Source: Antedon mediterranea (Eukaryota; Animalia; Echinodermata). Taken from it: DNA of 64,000 nt. The notes under the pieces were generated by a model. It was not told where the DNA came from. It saw only the letters and a program-made list of their open reading frames with translations, and made no database searches. The position numbers and the translations under genes were made by a program. The DNA lies in contig NC_092679.1 of NCBI RefSeq assembly GCF_964355755.1, forward strand, positions 712,201-776,200, given 5' to 3'. Below, in pieces: positions 1-15,200 of the stretch (position 1 is the stretch's first letter; every line of letters begins with the position of its first letter).

Positions 1-242
1 TATGTAATTGTTTAATAGCCAGTTATACACAAGGAGACCAGGTAAAATATGCAAATTAGCTATTAAATACATTATACCTGTAATACTAATTACTTATGAT
101 AGTACTGAATGTTATTTCCATCATATAAATGACCATACCATTTTAAATGACAGTATAATTTTAAATAAGCAAATTTGGTAAATGTAATGTTTAACACCTT
201 ATGATTATGAACATTCATCTATGTATGTCTGTTCCTCCTCAG

Positions 243-3200
243 TGTTCCGAATGCTTGCCACTTTACAACGAAAAGCAATTTCGCCATGGAGACCAAGTGG
301 ATGCGTATGATTGTCGGCCATGTTCCTGTAATAACCATGCCAACAGTTGTCATTACAATATAACCCTTGACCTTTTTCCAACAGACCACTACAGGTATAT
401 TCTCATTTTTTAAATTCAAATTTGTCAATTTACCAGAGTATCTACTCATACAGTACACACCTGTAATTTAAGTACTTGAATACTAGCAGTTTTATGAAAA
501 ATGTTCTGTTCCAATCAATGTGGAATTGCTTAAAGCTCTGTCTATACTATTAAACAAAAAGTGATGTGACTATATACGTTGATGTCATATCACTACCATA
601 TTTGGACATATGTAGACTTAACACGGTAAGCATTTTAATACATTTTCATCATTCATGTTTAGGGGTGGAGGAGGCGTATGTGACAACTGTCTTCATAATA
701 CCCAGGGTAGATATTGTGACCAATGTACCAGTGGATATTATCGTGTTGCAGGGCGCCCTCTAAATGCTATCGACGTATGCACACCTTGTGATTGCTTTAC
801 AGACGGAACTTTTGGTGGCAGCATTGAGTGTGAATCTGTAAGTTTTGTCTTTTTCAAATCAAATTTTCAGAATTTTTGTGTGAATAAATTGAATTTGAAA
901 TCAGTATTGTTAAAAAATATAGTTAATATTTGAGTTTTTTTTACCGCATTTAGAATGGCGGACAATGCAGTTGCAAGTTGTTTACTACAGGACGTCGCTG
1001 TGATCAATGTATAACAGGATTTTTCAACTTACAAGCCAGCAATGCCAACGGATGCGAACCATGTACGTGTAATGCTGCTGGTACTATCAATGGGTCAACG
1101 ACCTGTCAAGTAAACGGTCAATGTACCTGTAAAGCTAATGTCATTGGTGAGTGTGTAACCATAAGGGCTATATTAAGGTCAAGAAAAAACAAAATATTAC
1201 ATGTTATAAGTGTAGGCCTGCCATTGTCATTTTCCAGAAGATGATTGTAGCCGCTAACAACGGAAACGTCGAGACATTCTCAACCATACTTTCGGAAACA
1301 GATGGTGTACCGCAAACTTAACTTTACTAGTGTACTATAGTTTCTGATGAGTTGAAATAAAATGCGGTTCCTTTTATTTGTTTCAATCCATTCTTAAATG
1401 GTGGGTTACTACAATTGAAATTCTAACAAATTCTAAATTTTGATCATTTTACTTAAAGGCGACAAGTGTGATCAATGTAACTATGGTTACTACAGCTTAA
1501 GCATCACTAATCCAGATGGGTGTACCGTCTGCTCCTGTAACGCCAACGGAGCAAGTAGCATTTACTGTGACCCTACCAACGGTCAATGCCAGTGTAGTGA
1601 CACTGTCCAAGGACAAGATTGCAATGAATGTCGAGATGGTTTCTATGGTTTAAGCAGCTCTGGCTGCTCTGTCTGTGATTGTGAAAGTGCTGGCACTGAA
1701 CCTAATACATACTGTGATAAGATTACGGGGCAATGTGTTTGTAAAATAAATACACAGGTAGGTTTAAGTTCATGTCAACATTATTCTACTGCAGTTACTG
1801 CGGTAATAGTATTTACTGCAGTAAACAGTATGTATGGTTTTCTAAGCAAGGCTTGCTGTCTAATAACCAGGTTAAAAGACCAAACCAAAATGTGGTTACT
1901 GCAGTATAAACATTTTGGCATTATACTTTGGTATTGTTACCACTGGGTCCCTTATTTTGTATGTTACAACACACTTATCTACCCTCTTGTAGGCCTAGAG
2001 AAACAAATTTGAATAAATGAATGTTCTCTACTTTAGGGTATTCGTTGCAACCAGTGTAGAACAACATACTACAACCTACAAGCCACTAACACACTTGGTT
2101 GTAGCTCCTGTGCATGCAACCCATCAGGAACAGTTGGAGGTAGCTTAACATGCGACTCACAGTCAGGGCAATGCCTTTGTAAGACCTATACAACAGGGCA
2201 AACGTGTAACGCGTGCAATGAAAACTATTGGGGCCTAGATGCTAGTAACATAGATGGATGTGAACCTTGTGGTTGTGACTCGACTGGAACACAACTTACT
2301 GGTTCCAATTCACCAGGCGGTTGTGACCAGAATTCTGGACAGTGTACGTGTATTCTAAATAGATACGGGCGTCGGTGCGATCAATGTTTATCTGGCACAT
2401 ATCTCACGCCTAATGGTGGACAAGGATGCACACAATGCAACTGCCATCCAACAAGCTCATTGACTGGTACTGTTTGTGATCCTGTGAGTGGTCAGTGCCA
2501 ATGTACAGGGGGTGGGTCAGGTGTCACTGGTAGAAGATGCGATTCTTGCTTGAATGGCTTTTTCAATTTTGATGATGTTACTGGAAGGTGTTCATTGTGT
2601 TCCTGTAACCCCGCTGGTAGTGTTACCACGGCAACATGTGACCCGAATACTGGTCAGTGCCAGTGCAAGGACCTTGTCACTGGACGCCAGTGCGATATTT
2701 GTCTGACTGGATCTAGTAACTTGGATATTAGTAATCCTCAAGGCTGCAGTAAAGGTAAGCATGAAATGAAGGTAATGTTGTAAAGATATAGCCTCCTAAA
2801 GTATTTTGGTTGTAGTTTCATTATTGGGGCATTAACAAAACAATACAGGAAACGTTTTTTGGAAACATTTTAGCAAATTTATAATTGCTAAAACGTGGAT
2901 CTCATAATAATAGGGAGCTTTTGAGTTGCAATGACCTAATTAGGTCAAGTCAATTGATATGTCATGGGTCATTGCCTGGACCTAGAAACCACAAAAACTC
3001 GCTAGGAGCGAGGAAGCGTTCCAATTCATAGTTTGGTCGTCGCTTGTCACGAATCAAAAGCTCCCTAATGTGATAACAGATCATCATTTATTGAATTGTT
3101 TACTTTTATAGCTCCATCACAACAACCATCTCCCAGTTGGCAAGCCCTCAGCCCGTACTCTCTCATTCTGTCATGGCTACCACCAGATGAACCAAATGGC

Positions 3201-6200
3201 AATATCTTGGCTTACAACCTCTACAGAAACGGAGCGTTGATCTTCAGTGGTATTGATAACAATAACTGGCAAGGTAAGTGTTTGGTTTCGGGCCTAGAAT
3301 ATAGAATAGTAAAACAGTTATAGTCATATTTATTCAATAACTTATCATTATTCTATTAGCTTATTTTTCAATAACTCCTTAACAACACAGCCATTGAATA
3401 CAGAGTTCTACCATTTTATAATTTACGTAGGTACCCAAGAATATGTAGATGATGGACTAACACCTTACACACAATATGTCTACTATTTACAAGCGGTGAA
3501 TGAGGCAGGCATAGCCCAGAGTCCCTCAGTAGTTGCTAGGACACCTGATGCTATCCCATCAGGCTTTGATGTGCTGACTGTATCTAACATTGGATCAAGT
3601 ACAGCATCCTTTTCATGGAATAAGCCATCAGGTAGTGTTTAAATATGTTTTTTATTAGTCGAATATGAATTCATGGGACAAACAACACACTGTTTATATA
3701 CTGCCATTTTCCACCAATTATCACAAATTAAATCTTAATTAAAATTGAGTTCTATTTGTATTTCTACAGTAATAAGTGCTCCTCTTGATCAGTACGTGTT
3801 GACCTCCGTCACTCCAAGTCGACCTACACCACCAACAACGCACTATACCGGCACAGCTACAACCTATCAAGCAAACGATCTCATACCGTTCACAAACTAC
3901 ACATTCAGGTTAACGGTTTGTTCAACAGACGGGTGTGGTCAAGGTGTTGGAGTCACTGTGTACACCCCTCAGGCACCACCAGAAGGCCTAACACCACCAA
4001 CGCTTACTGCCCTTACTTCAACCTCTGTGTATATTGATTGGGATCACCCAACTGAAGCTAATGGTAACCATGTTCAATTTATTTTACCTACCAATATTCT
4101 TAGTTTCATACTAACTTACCTTCCATTTTATTTTCCATTTACACACTTTTTATCTGTTTATAGGCATTATAACCCACTACGAGCTGTACATGAGAGGTGC
4201 ACCTGATTCAGAGGGTGTCACCACTCCACCAGAGACAAGAATATTCTACCCTGCTGGCTGGTACAACCCAAGACCTACAGTGACCCCAGGGGAGGACCCA
4301 GTTGAAGAACCGTCAACTAACTTCACTCAGGAGAACTTAAGTCCATTCACTGATTATGAATTTAGAGTCACGGCAATGAATCAGGCAGGAACAGGACTTA
4401 GTGAATGGGCATCTGTTACGACTTTAGAAGCTTGTAAGTGACATTTTAACTCACAATTGTGTCAAACTTTCATAGTAAAACTCTGTCTACACTATCAAAC
4501 TAGTGTGATGCGGCCAAATGAAGTAGTGATATGCTCAAATATGGTAGTGATATGCTCAGGTATTGTAGTGATATGACATGATTATGTCCATATATGTTTG
4601 ATAGTATAGACAGAGATTAAGTAGTGTATGCTATACCAGCAAATTATATAATTTGTTCAGGATCATAATAAAAATCTGTAATACAGAATACATATCGGCC
4701 AGTAAGCGAGTGAGTGGCCGAGCGGTTAAGACAGGGGAACCGTAATTATGTAGCCATAACATCGGCAGGGGTTCGAGGCTCACTCACTCCATGGTTCTGG
4801 TGGTAGAACGAGTCTTCTCGAATAAGGACTATAAACCGTAGGTCCAGTGTACACATCTAGCTTGTGTGCACTTTAAAGAACCTAGTACATCTTTCGAGAC
4901 GAGTAGGGGGTTACCCCGGTGTATTAGTACATCACAGCCACTTAATAATAACTTGGCCCTCTGGGAGACCAGTCTTTGACTGAAGAGGTTACCCAGTATA
5001 AATATATATTTCAATTCATATATGTACCACATATGATAGCTGTAGGTCATTGGCCTATAACCATAACATAATGCAGAGGTTAAGGTGGCTATATATCATT
5101 TTCACTTTTATAATTTATCATTCAATTCAATATATTAAGTAGAATATGCTCAACTTGTTGATTTCTGTTTCAGTTCCACTTTCGATGTCATCTCCAATCG
5201 TTGTTGGCATCAGCAGTACAGACCTCAACGTGTCATGGATACCGCCCTCACGTGACCAAGCGAGAGGAGCGATAATACAATACACACTTTACCAATTTCT
5301 CCAATCTCTTGATCCATTTGCTCCTCCAGAGTCCACTCAGGTAAAATATAATTTGTCTGTCTAAAACAGATATTTCAGAATTAATTGTTAATAATATTCA
5401 TGTAAATGGGGGGAATAACCTGTGACTTGCAGCCTACTGGCTGAATTGCGTACAGGTGTGGACGACACATACCACAACTTTACTCCTCTCCTTCGCGTCG
5501 AGTACTGTCACCAAACACCGCCCATTCATCTGTCCATGATGACAACTTGCCATGTCCACTCTCCCAATTTCTTCTGACCTAACATGTCTGGTTTTTGCAA
5601 AAGGCTAGTATTTGGAATGTGTTTCCAATAGTAAAAATGAATTTTGGGACCTTTTGGACCTCAAGAAAGTTTCCAGTTTTCAGAGAGGCTGGTATTGGGA
5701 GAATATATCATCATCATTTTCCTATACACATTACACATTATTATACTGTATATATACAGTATAACAAAATAATTGAGTTATTGTACATTATCCATGTGAA
5801 TGTACTCTTTCAGTTGATTTATGCTGGGCCAGGCTACGTGACAAATTTCATTGTAACTAATTTGGAGCCATACTCAAGCCATGAGTTTGCAGTAGAAGCC
5901 TGCAACAGTGTAGGGTGTGTTACAAGTGCAAGAGGGAGTGGGAATACATTACCAGATGGTAAGTAATATATTATACACATGTGGCCGTATTCACCAGTCA
6001 CACTTAAGTGAGATACTTCCCTTAAATATTAAGTATTTCACTTAACTCAATAAATATTTAAGTATTTACCTTAAATTGTATTCAATTAGATAGGAGATTT
6101 TCTTAATCTTAAGGGTATTTCCCTTAGCCTAAGTGTGAATGGTGAATATGGCCATAGAACCCCTTATTTGGCACCCCTTTTTTCCTGTGAAAGGAACGAG

Positions 6201-9200
6201 GGGTTGTATATAATATACCATTTTAAGGGGGCACTGTTGAGTCTTGAACATGTCCAATTGGGTTCAAATATATCAAAATGTAAAATACTATAATAATTCA
6301 ATTTGTACAATATTCTTTGGAGTCTGTATTGATTTAAAAATACGTTTGTCTTACAGCACCAGAAAACCAAGAGGCACCCTCAGCAGATGGGTATAACGTC
6401 ACCTCCATCAGGGCAAGCTGGTTGCCTCCAACCATACAGAATGGACCACTAGCTAGTTACAATTTACAACGTATGGAGGCCTCGTTAAACAGCCCGCCCC
6501 CAGTAGTTGAGATGGGGTCAAGGTTCTCTGGTGGTGGTTACTATAAGTTTACAGGCTCTTTGATACCAACATCTGCATACACAGGTTAGTAAATTAATAA
6601 TGTACAAATATGTATGTGAATTTAATATACATCCAAAGGCAAATTACTGAAAAAAATGAAAAAAAAAAACTAACACTAACTGGATCTCAATGGAGATACA
6701 AATAAAATAAGCAAATAGTTAAATCAAAACGATAAAGTAAAACATCCAGACAAAATTGCAGAGCTTTTGGGCAACACTAGCCCTTCATCAGTGTGAATCT
6801 AATGTACTATATATATATATTTATATATATAATAAAGGATTAATTATGTTTTCTGATCTTTGCAGGTATTGAATTAGAGTTCCGCATTGGTCGCCCAACT
6901 CCTTACTCTCAACCTGTCAGCGCCCTGCTTCTTTTTGCTGTCTCTAGAGACGAACAAGCAGAATACATTGTTATCCAGCTTAGAGACGGTAGACCATGGT
7001 TTCTGTTTGACCCTCAAGGTGGCGCTGTTGGCGTGACGCCAACAAATGATGGAGGTCGTGTTTATGATGATAATACCTGGCATCATTTGAAGGTCACTAG
7101 AGATGGTGCACGTGGATACATTACAGTGGATCAAATATACACAGGTGATTATTGAACTTGCTATTGTTTCTAGCTTTCAGCCAAGTCCCACCCTATTCCA
7201 CTTATATTCCCAGTTTTCTGGAATTTCTGCATTCTCACTCCTAAGGACGATCAAAGCATATTGATCGAAACGTCGAGAAACTCAACAGTTCTATTCAGAA
7301 CTAATATATGTGGTGTACCTCAAACTTTATATCAAAATTATAATTATGTTTCAAAATAGATTTCCTCCAATTAAACCCATGTTTGATAGGCTTCATATCT
7401 TGCTTTAATACTAAAATCATTAATTATACAACAACTATAATATTTTCAGGGACTGCACTGTCATCAACATCCTCGACTATAATTGGTATTAGCGATAGCG
7501 TATTCATTGGAAGACTACCGAATGATTTCAACATTATCCGTACCGATACAGGAGACACGGAAGTAGTCAAATCCAGTTTAGTTGGTTGCATAAAAAACAT
7601 CCAAATTGAACAGCAGCACGTACCAACAGAGGTCTGGCAGGCATTGGATTGGTCAGATGCAATTGAGACGTACCAAGTGGTACCTACCTGGGAAGGATGC
7701 CCAACAAATTTGGATACAGGGGTACACTTCCTTGGGGGAGGTAAGATCATAAAGCTCTAGTTTGACAAATACGTGTGATGTGCCCAAATATGGTAGTGAT
7801 AGCAGCCTAAATATGATAGTGATATGACATCATCGTGTCTATATATGGGCATATCACATTTTTTTGTTACATAAAGTTTGATAGTGTAGACAAGCTTTAG
7901 TTTAAGTTTGAGTTAGGGTCTATATTTTCAATGTTGCTGTTAGTGGTGAGAATGCTGGTGGGGGTAAGGAGGTGTTGATGTGAAGATGGTGACTATTAAT
8001 AGTGACAATGTTAATTGGATTGTTTTATTTTCTTTCACTAGGTTATGTAGCTATACCTTCAGATCCTCTGTCAAGTGGAACCAACTTCTTCATCCAATTT
8101 GAGTTCCGTACCACGATGTACTCAGCAATGTTACTCTTTTCTTATGGTACAAATGGTGCTTACCTCAGCCTCCAACTTGTCTTTGAAAACATGCAGGTAT
8201 TGTTTACTTAAGTTTATGTCTAGCATGCTTAGTATCGTCTCCTGGCGTAATGCTTAATTAAACACAAGAAGCACCTCACTAAAGCTATGTTTTCAAAAGT
8301 TTTATAGTGTAGACAGAGCTTTGGGACAACAGTACTGTAACAGAATTAATCAATACAATCCAAGCGTCAATCCATACTCTCTTGCCACAATGTCTTTTCG
8401 TTTCTGCTGACTAATGTTTCTCTTTTTAATACCAGCTTCAAGTATTTGGAGGTGCAGGCGTGTCCACTTTACTATCAGCCACTTCATCAACTCTTTGTAG
8501 TGGACAGTGGAATACGGTCACCATTCACAGAGCTGGAAACCTGCTATCATTGACCATCCAAGATGGAACAGCAGACACCAGAGATATAGGCTCAGGAATA
8601 TTGGGTGTTACATCTGAACTGTTCATTGGAGGACTGCCTCTAGGATCTGACGCAGCAGAGGCTGCAAGTACTGATATCAATACCCAATCTGGTATGTGTC
8701 TTGCACACTATTCATGATTGTGGAGTTGTGGCTTGATGGTTATGATGCTTGGCTACCAATCCAAGGGTCCTGGGTTCAAGTACTGTCATATGGATTTTTC
8801 TAATTTCTAATGACAAATTACAACTCCACTCCCAAAGACTTGTAATAAGACTTTGTTTTATGTAGAGCATCTTGTGTATATGTTTGTCTTGTGAACAGGA
8901 TTACCACCTTTGAGAAGGATAGTGAATGAATTCGATTATGGTTATTTTTAGCAATTTGCCCAAATAGAGGGAGAGATTATGTATGTGAAATAAAATATTT
9001 AATTAATACTTAATTAATTGTTACATTTCTTGTCTTGTTTCTTTAGGGTTTGGAGGATGTTTTCAGAACATGGCCATCAACAGTAACATAGTTAACCTCC
9101 AATCAGAAGCAACTGATATCTTGAATGTCAACCTCGATGGCTGCCCTTCTATCACTTCAACTTCCTCCTTCTGCACGATGCCTACCATTGTTGATGTATA

Positions 9201-12200
9201 CTCTGGAATAGAACGTACGTCATACGATACAGGCTTAGACTCGTACACTGAATACATGTACCGTGTTGTGTCATACAACGAAGCGGGTTCAACGACCAGT
9301 GAATGGTCAAGAGCTAGGTCAAGAGAAGGAGGTAAATATTAAACATTTTATAATATCCAGGTCACGACCTACGATAGTGGTAGATAACATCTAAAAAACA
9401 TAAGATGGACGAACTAAGACCTACTTTTCAGGAAATTGTTTGGAGTTCATTCAAAATGAAAGATGTATTTTAACATCAGCAATAACTGGTGATATATTAA
9501 CTGGTGATATATTAACTGGTGATATATTAACTGGTGATATATTAACTCAAACTACTCTCTTTAATTTTGTAGCTCCTGTGGGTGTTTCTCCACCACTTGA
9601 TCCCGAGTCAATAACTGGCTACGTTATTCGAGTCCGCTGGATCCGTCCATCTGGGAACAACGGCGTTCTTGTTCAGTACATCCTGACAGCTTATAACAAT
9701 GATCAACCAGAATTACCCAATGTTGTTGCATTCTTCGTTGACACGTCACCGCAGGAATATATTGGTAGGTTTTATTCCATCAGCACTTTGATGTATGAAA
9801 TAGTATCGTGTCTTATATTACTATTATGCAACGAATTGCTGTATAGTAAACTTTGATTTCATTCTCAGTCTCCAACTAACCACTACATGATGCTAAAGAA
9901 GTACTGCCAGTTTGAACCAGTCAGAATTGAACAAACAAATCTGCCAAATTGTACTTTTTCAATTTTTAAAGCTTTGCTTCTTTTTGTTCTTAATTCAGGA
10001 AACATCACAGGAGTAATACCTTTCACCAACTACAGAATAACACTTACAGCTTGTACAGAGGGAGGATGTACAGAAAGTCTACCAGTCAGTATAGCTACAA
10101 AAGAAGAAGGTGGGTGTGAAATGTTATATCTTTTTAATATTTGTTTGTTTTTGTAGTATAAAAATGAGTAGTATGTAGTAGTAGTATGGTTGAAAATTCT
10201 CAACATTTCAGTTGTTATGCTACAACCATCTTTTATTAATATTTGTTAGTAAAACTGGAGTAATATTTTTAGTTAAACAAATTAAATTTACAATGATTTT
10301 GTTTTTCATTTTTGCTACAGCTCCAGAGGGAGTAAGCCCACCTATGGCACTAGCTGCTACTGGATCTTCAATAACAGTTGGTTGGGATGAGCCTGAGCAG
10401 CCCAATGGTTTAGTTGCTCGTTATCAGCTTTACATGAACAATGTCGCCCTCTATCAAGGACTTGTTAGATCGTTCACAGTTCGTGGTCTCAGTATCTTTA
10501 CAGGCTATGACTTCTACGTAACAGGTAAATGACTAGCTGACCACCCTTCTGTCTAAGCTGCAAGATGATAACCAAGTCCTTAGTTTAGAAAGTATGCACA
10601 TGTAATATATTGTAATTGGTAATTTAACAAACATTAAGTACCCAAGTCACAAAGCCTACGATGTTGAAGTGAAAAGCATAGTAATATACTAGTAGTTTGT
10701 AAAGGCTGATTTCCCACTAGGCGAATCTGTTTGCACGAATCGAAAGCATCAGCTTATACACATGCATAGAGTGGGATTTTGAAGATGGATACAACAACAT
10801 ACATGCATATAAAAGCTGACCCTTTCGATTCCCACAAGATAATTTGCCTAGTGGAAAATCGGCTTAATATATAGTACAATAGTAATCACAGATACAGTAA
10901 TAATTGTATTCAATTTCTATATAGCTTGCACCAGTGTTGGATGCGGTCAAAGTCCAGTGGTCAGACTCTCAACAGCTCAGCTTCCACCGTCCGATGTCAA
11001 TCCCCCTACGTTGTTTGTCAGAGGCCCTAGACTTATTGAGGCTCAATGGACATCACCAGTACAGCCTAACGGTGTCTTAGAGCGTTATGTCTTGTTTTTA
11101 TCTACTCAGTCGTTTAGCCTTGGTGATGAGATCTATAATAGTACAGCATTATTTCTAGATTACATCATTACTGATCTTACACCGGGAACTACATATTATG
11201 TCACTTTAGCAGTAAGTAACACATTATTTAAGTACACATTCATTCATACACATTTCATTTGTTTATAACAATAATAACGGGGCCCGCACTAGAAGCAAAG
11301 GATTTTCTCATGAGGGCCCCTACAAACTTGTGAGTAAAACATACATTTAAGTATCCAACTTGAGCTATTTTCATTTCTTGGTATTTTAGGCATGTAATGC
11401 TGGAGGATGTACAAACAGTGCTCCAAGTGTAGCAGTAACACATGAAAGCATACCAGAGGGAGTGCCAGCACCAACTGTAACAGCTCTTAGCCCTTACGCT
11501 TTGAATGTGGTGTGGACTGAACCTGAACAACCAAACGGTGAGTATTTTAATAGAAATATTATATCCTCTTTGTCCCCTCCCTCTAGAGATTTGACATATT
11601 CGTCACAACCTGTCAGGTATATCAGGATTGAACCAACTAAGCAGTGTCATGCAAAAAGCATATTACTGATTGATATAATACTTCTAAGTATATTGGCATT
11701 CTAGTTAGAGTAGATGACACCTACAAAACAAAGAAGAGAAGTGTATGATGAACCAATTGTGATCGTTCTTAATCTCTTAATTAATTATAAATTAATAATT
11801 AATCTCCATTTTTGCAGGATTCATTGTGAGCTATGCATTATACCAGAACAACATCGTGATTCAAAATGGGACAGCAATGACACGTGTCATCTCCAATTTG
11901 CTACCCTACAGTCTACATATCTTACGTGTAGAAGCATGTACAGGTAAAGGATGCTCAATAGGTCCAGAGACTAGAGCACGTACTGCAGAAGCTGCCCCTG
12001 TTGGTAGCATATCGTTAACGGTGGGTGTAGTGACTTCAAGATCTGTGTCTGCTCAGTGGACTGAACCTGCTCAGCCTAATGGTGTCATGATTTATCAGGT
12101 GTTGTTTACTGGCCTCTTCTACATATCCACAGGTATGAAGTAGCTCTATTTTAAATCTACAAATGAATGTCTTTTAGCAAGGAACATTAAAAAGTTTATA

Positions 12201-15200
12201 TTGTCTGTTGAAATGTTTGCTAATGAATAACTAGTAACGTTTGTGGAACACAATGAGTTTGCAAAATGGAACTAAAGTAAAGTTAAGAATATATCAACAT
12301 TTGCTCTAGAAGCATAACAACATTTCTCTTTTCAAACACATGGTGTGTCACAAACTTTATTTCACTAATCTTTCTTGTATTATCTAGAAACTGGAAATTA
12401 CAACACATACACTACAACAAGAACACTCTACAATGGGACTGAATCAGTTACACCGGTCCTAATTGAAGGATTGATTCCATACACCACATACAACATTCAG
12501 GTTGAAGGAAGAAATTCAGAGGGAAGTCTGACCAGTAACACGGAACCAGCAACCATGCCGGCTGGAAGTGAGTGCCGTTCCATATTTGACAACATTGACT
12601 GTTTAAAGCTCTGTCTACACTATCAAACTAGTTTGACAACACAAGTGTGATGTGCACAAATATGGTAGTGATATATGGGCACATCACATTTTTTTTTCAC
12701 ATAAAGTTTGATAGTGTAGACAGGGCTTAAGATACAGTAACTAATTGAATAAATAGGAGACCTACTAGATAGTGTTGATATCTTCAATATCAATAGAGTA
12801 TGAATTAATTTTGCAATGTTAAGTAAAATTAATCTTATTTACCTCAGGTCCCGATGGTGTGTTTCCACCAGTCTTGACTGCTCTAGGCCCTACATCTATC
12901 CAAGCTGTGTGGACATCACCTGGCAGGAATAATGCACCCGGTCAAGCATTATTTCAGCTTCTTTTCAGACCAACACAACAACCAGGCCTACAAGAAGAGT
13001 AAGTAATCAAACACATAATTCTGTAATAATATCCATATCATTGTTCCAAAACTATACTTATTCTAATAAACGAATAACATCAAATATTTTCTTTTTCATG
13101 CTTAGATTGTTTACAAGCCCTACAAGTGTGAACAGCTTTATTAAGTCCACGCTAACTCCATACACTGAGTACGACTTTAAGTTGATTGCTAACAATGGCT
13201 TTGGACAAACTGAGAGTGATTGGACCTCTACATTTACCATGGAAGACAGTAAGTTAATCAATTGTTGCTTTTTAAATTAGAAAATTAATGGCTGTGGCTA
13301 AAAATAATTGCATTGTCATATGGTTTCTGATTTTCTACTGTTAGTAAACATTACTGAACATAAACCAGAAAGTTCTTTATTAAACTGCATTGAATAGTTT
13401 TGACAGGATTTCTTAATATTGTGTTTTTTTTCAATAGCTCCTGGACCTATTGATCCACCCATGGCAACGGTCATTGATGGAAATACTCTACAAGTCACAT
13501 GGCAGCTAGCTGACAGGCCTAATGGCATTATTACACAGACCAGGATATACCAAAACAACCAATACAGGGATGTGGTGAGTAAATGTATACTGTATACTTG
13601 AAAATAGGTTTGACTAATTACTGTACTAAGAATGTATATGCTGAGTAGATGTATGCATGGTCCATCATAAGTTGAACTTATTACTATACTTACAGTATTT
13701 TCATCAAAATAACTTTCACTTTTAAATTATTAGAAATAAGGAAAGATAACAGAACAGATTTTTATTGTGTTGTTTTTAAATGATGTGTTTTGCATTTTCC
13801 AGGTGGATGGCACGGTAACTGAATACTTAGCAACAGACTTAGAAGCGTTTACTGATTATGTATTCCGTGTTGAGATGTGTAATAGTGCGGGTTGTACTTC
13901 CAGTCCTAATTCTGTTACATACACCACACCAGCAGCGGGTAAGTAATCATCAACTACATTATAAGATTTTTGAAAATTCTGTTGCCTATCACTATACTAA
14001 TAATAATGTTAATTATTTTCTAAATAATTTTTTTTCATTAGCACCAAGCGGCCAAGATCCACCAACCCTGCTCTCAGAAACACCAACCTCTATCGTGATC
14101 ACCTGGGAAGAACCGACCAATCCAAATGGTGTGTTAACTGGTTACATACTCGAGCGGCGCCATCAGGGTTTTGCTGCCATCACTACAGTGGTATCAGTCA
14201 ATCGAGATGGACCATTTACTTATGTGGACCAATCAGCAGCCATCAGTCCATTTACGACGTATGAGTACAGAGTGGTGGTGTCAAATGTTGCCGGAAGCAC
14301 TTCAAGCCAATGGGCAGTGGTCACCACAAGGGCTGCTCGTATGTATCTATTGAAAAATTATAATTGGTATATTTTATGTAGGAGTATGCTACTGAAATTT
14401 AAATGTATAATTCTGCCTTTGTTGATATCGCCATGCAAATCTTCAAACAATGTAATTCTGTCCTTTCTAACCATAGAGAGAATCTCTTTTATTGCAAAAT
14501 TTGCCTCCACGTCACTTTTTATTATCGTTTCCTGCACCTAACCCATTGTCTGTGATGCTGATGATGAAATAGGCACATATAGTTTAACAATTATATCTTA
14601 TTCAATCATCACAATCGAAAATCATTACAGCTCCTGGTGGCATAGCAACGCCAATACTAACAGTGACAGGGCCAGAGTCTATCCTTGTATCATGGTCAAC
14701 TCCTGTGCAAAGCAACGGTGACATCATCAGCTATACTATCAAGATGCCAAACCCACGTGTACCTGTTCCTTATGCTAACGTTACATCCTACGAGGTCATT
14801 AACCTTGTGCCATATACAGAGTATTCAGGTAAAATGATGAAATAATACATTCTATTGTTAGAAAAATATATTAAGAATAGGGTTAATTGTATATTTGAGA
14901 TTTGATTGCTATACCATTAAACCTTAGAAATTTCTCTGAAATGTAGTGTATAGATATCTTAATCATTAAACTTGTATTTTTTCACAGTAACAATTGAGGC
15001 ATGTACTATTGGTGGGTGTAGTGAGAGTAACCCAGCAAGAGCCAGAACAGACCCCACCTTCCCTCAGGGACAGGAACCACCGAATGTCACTCCGATAACT
15101 CAAAACTACATTTCTATTCTTTGGGATCCTCCAAGCAGGCCTAATGGGCCTAGCATCAGATATGAACTAGCAAGAATGAAGATTAGAGAACCACTAGCTA

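Noticed and set aside
4707-4791. Functional tRNA gene
   Set aside because: The anticodon arm does not pair and the sequence continues into a SINE body.
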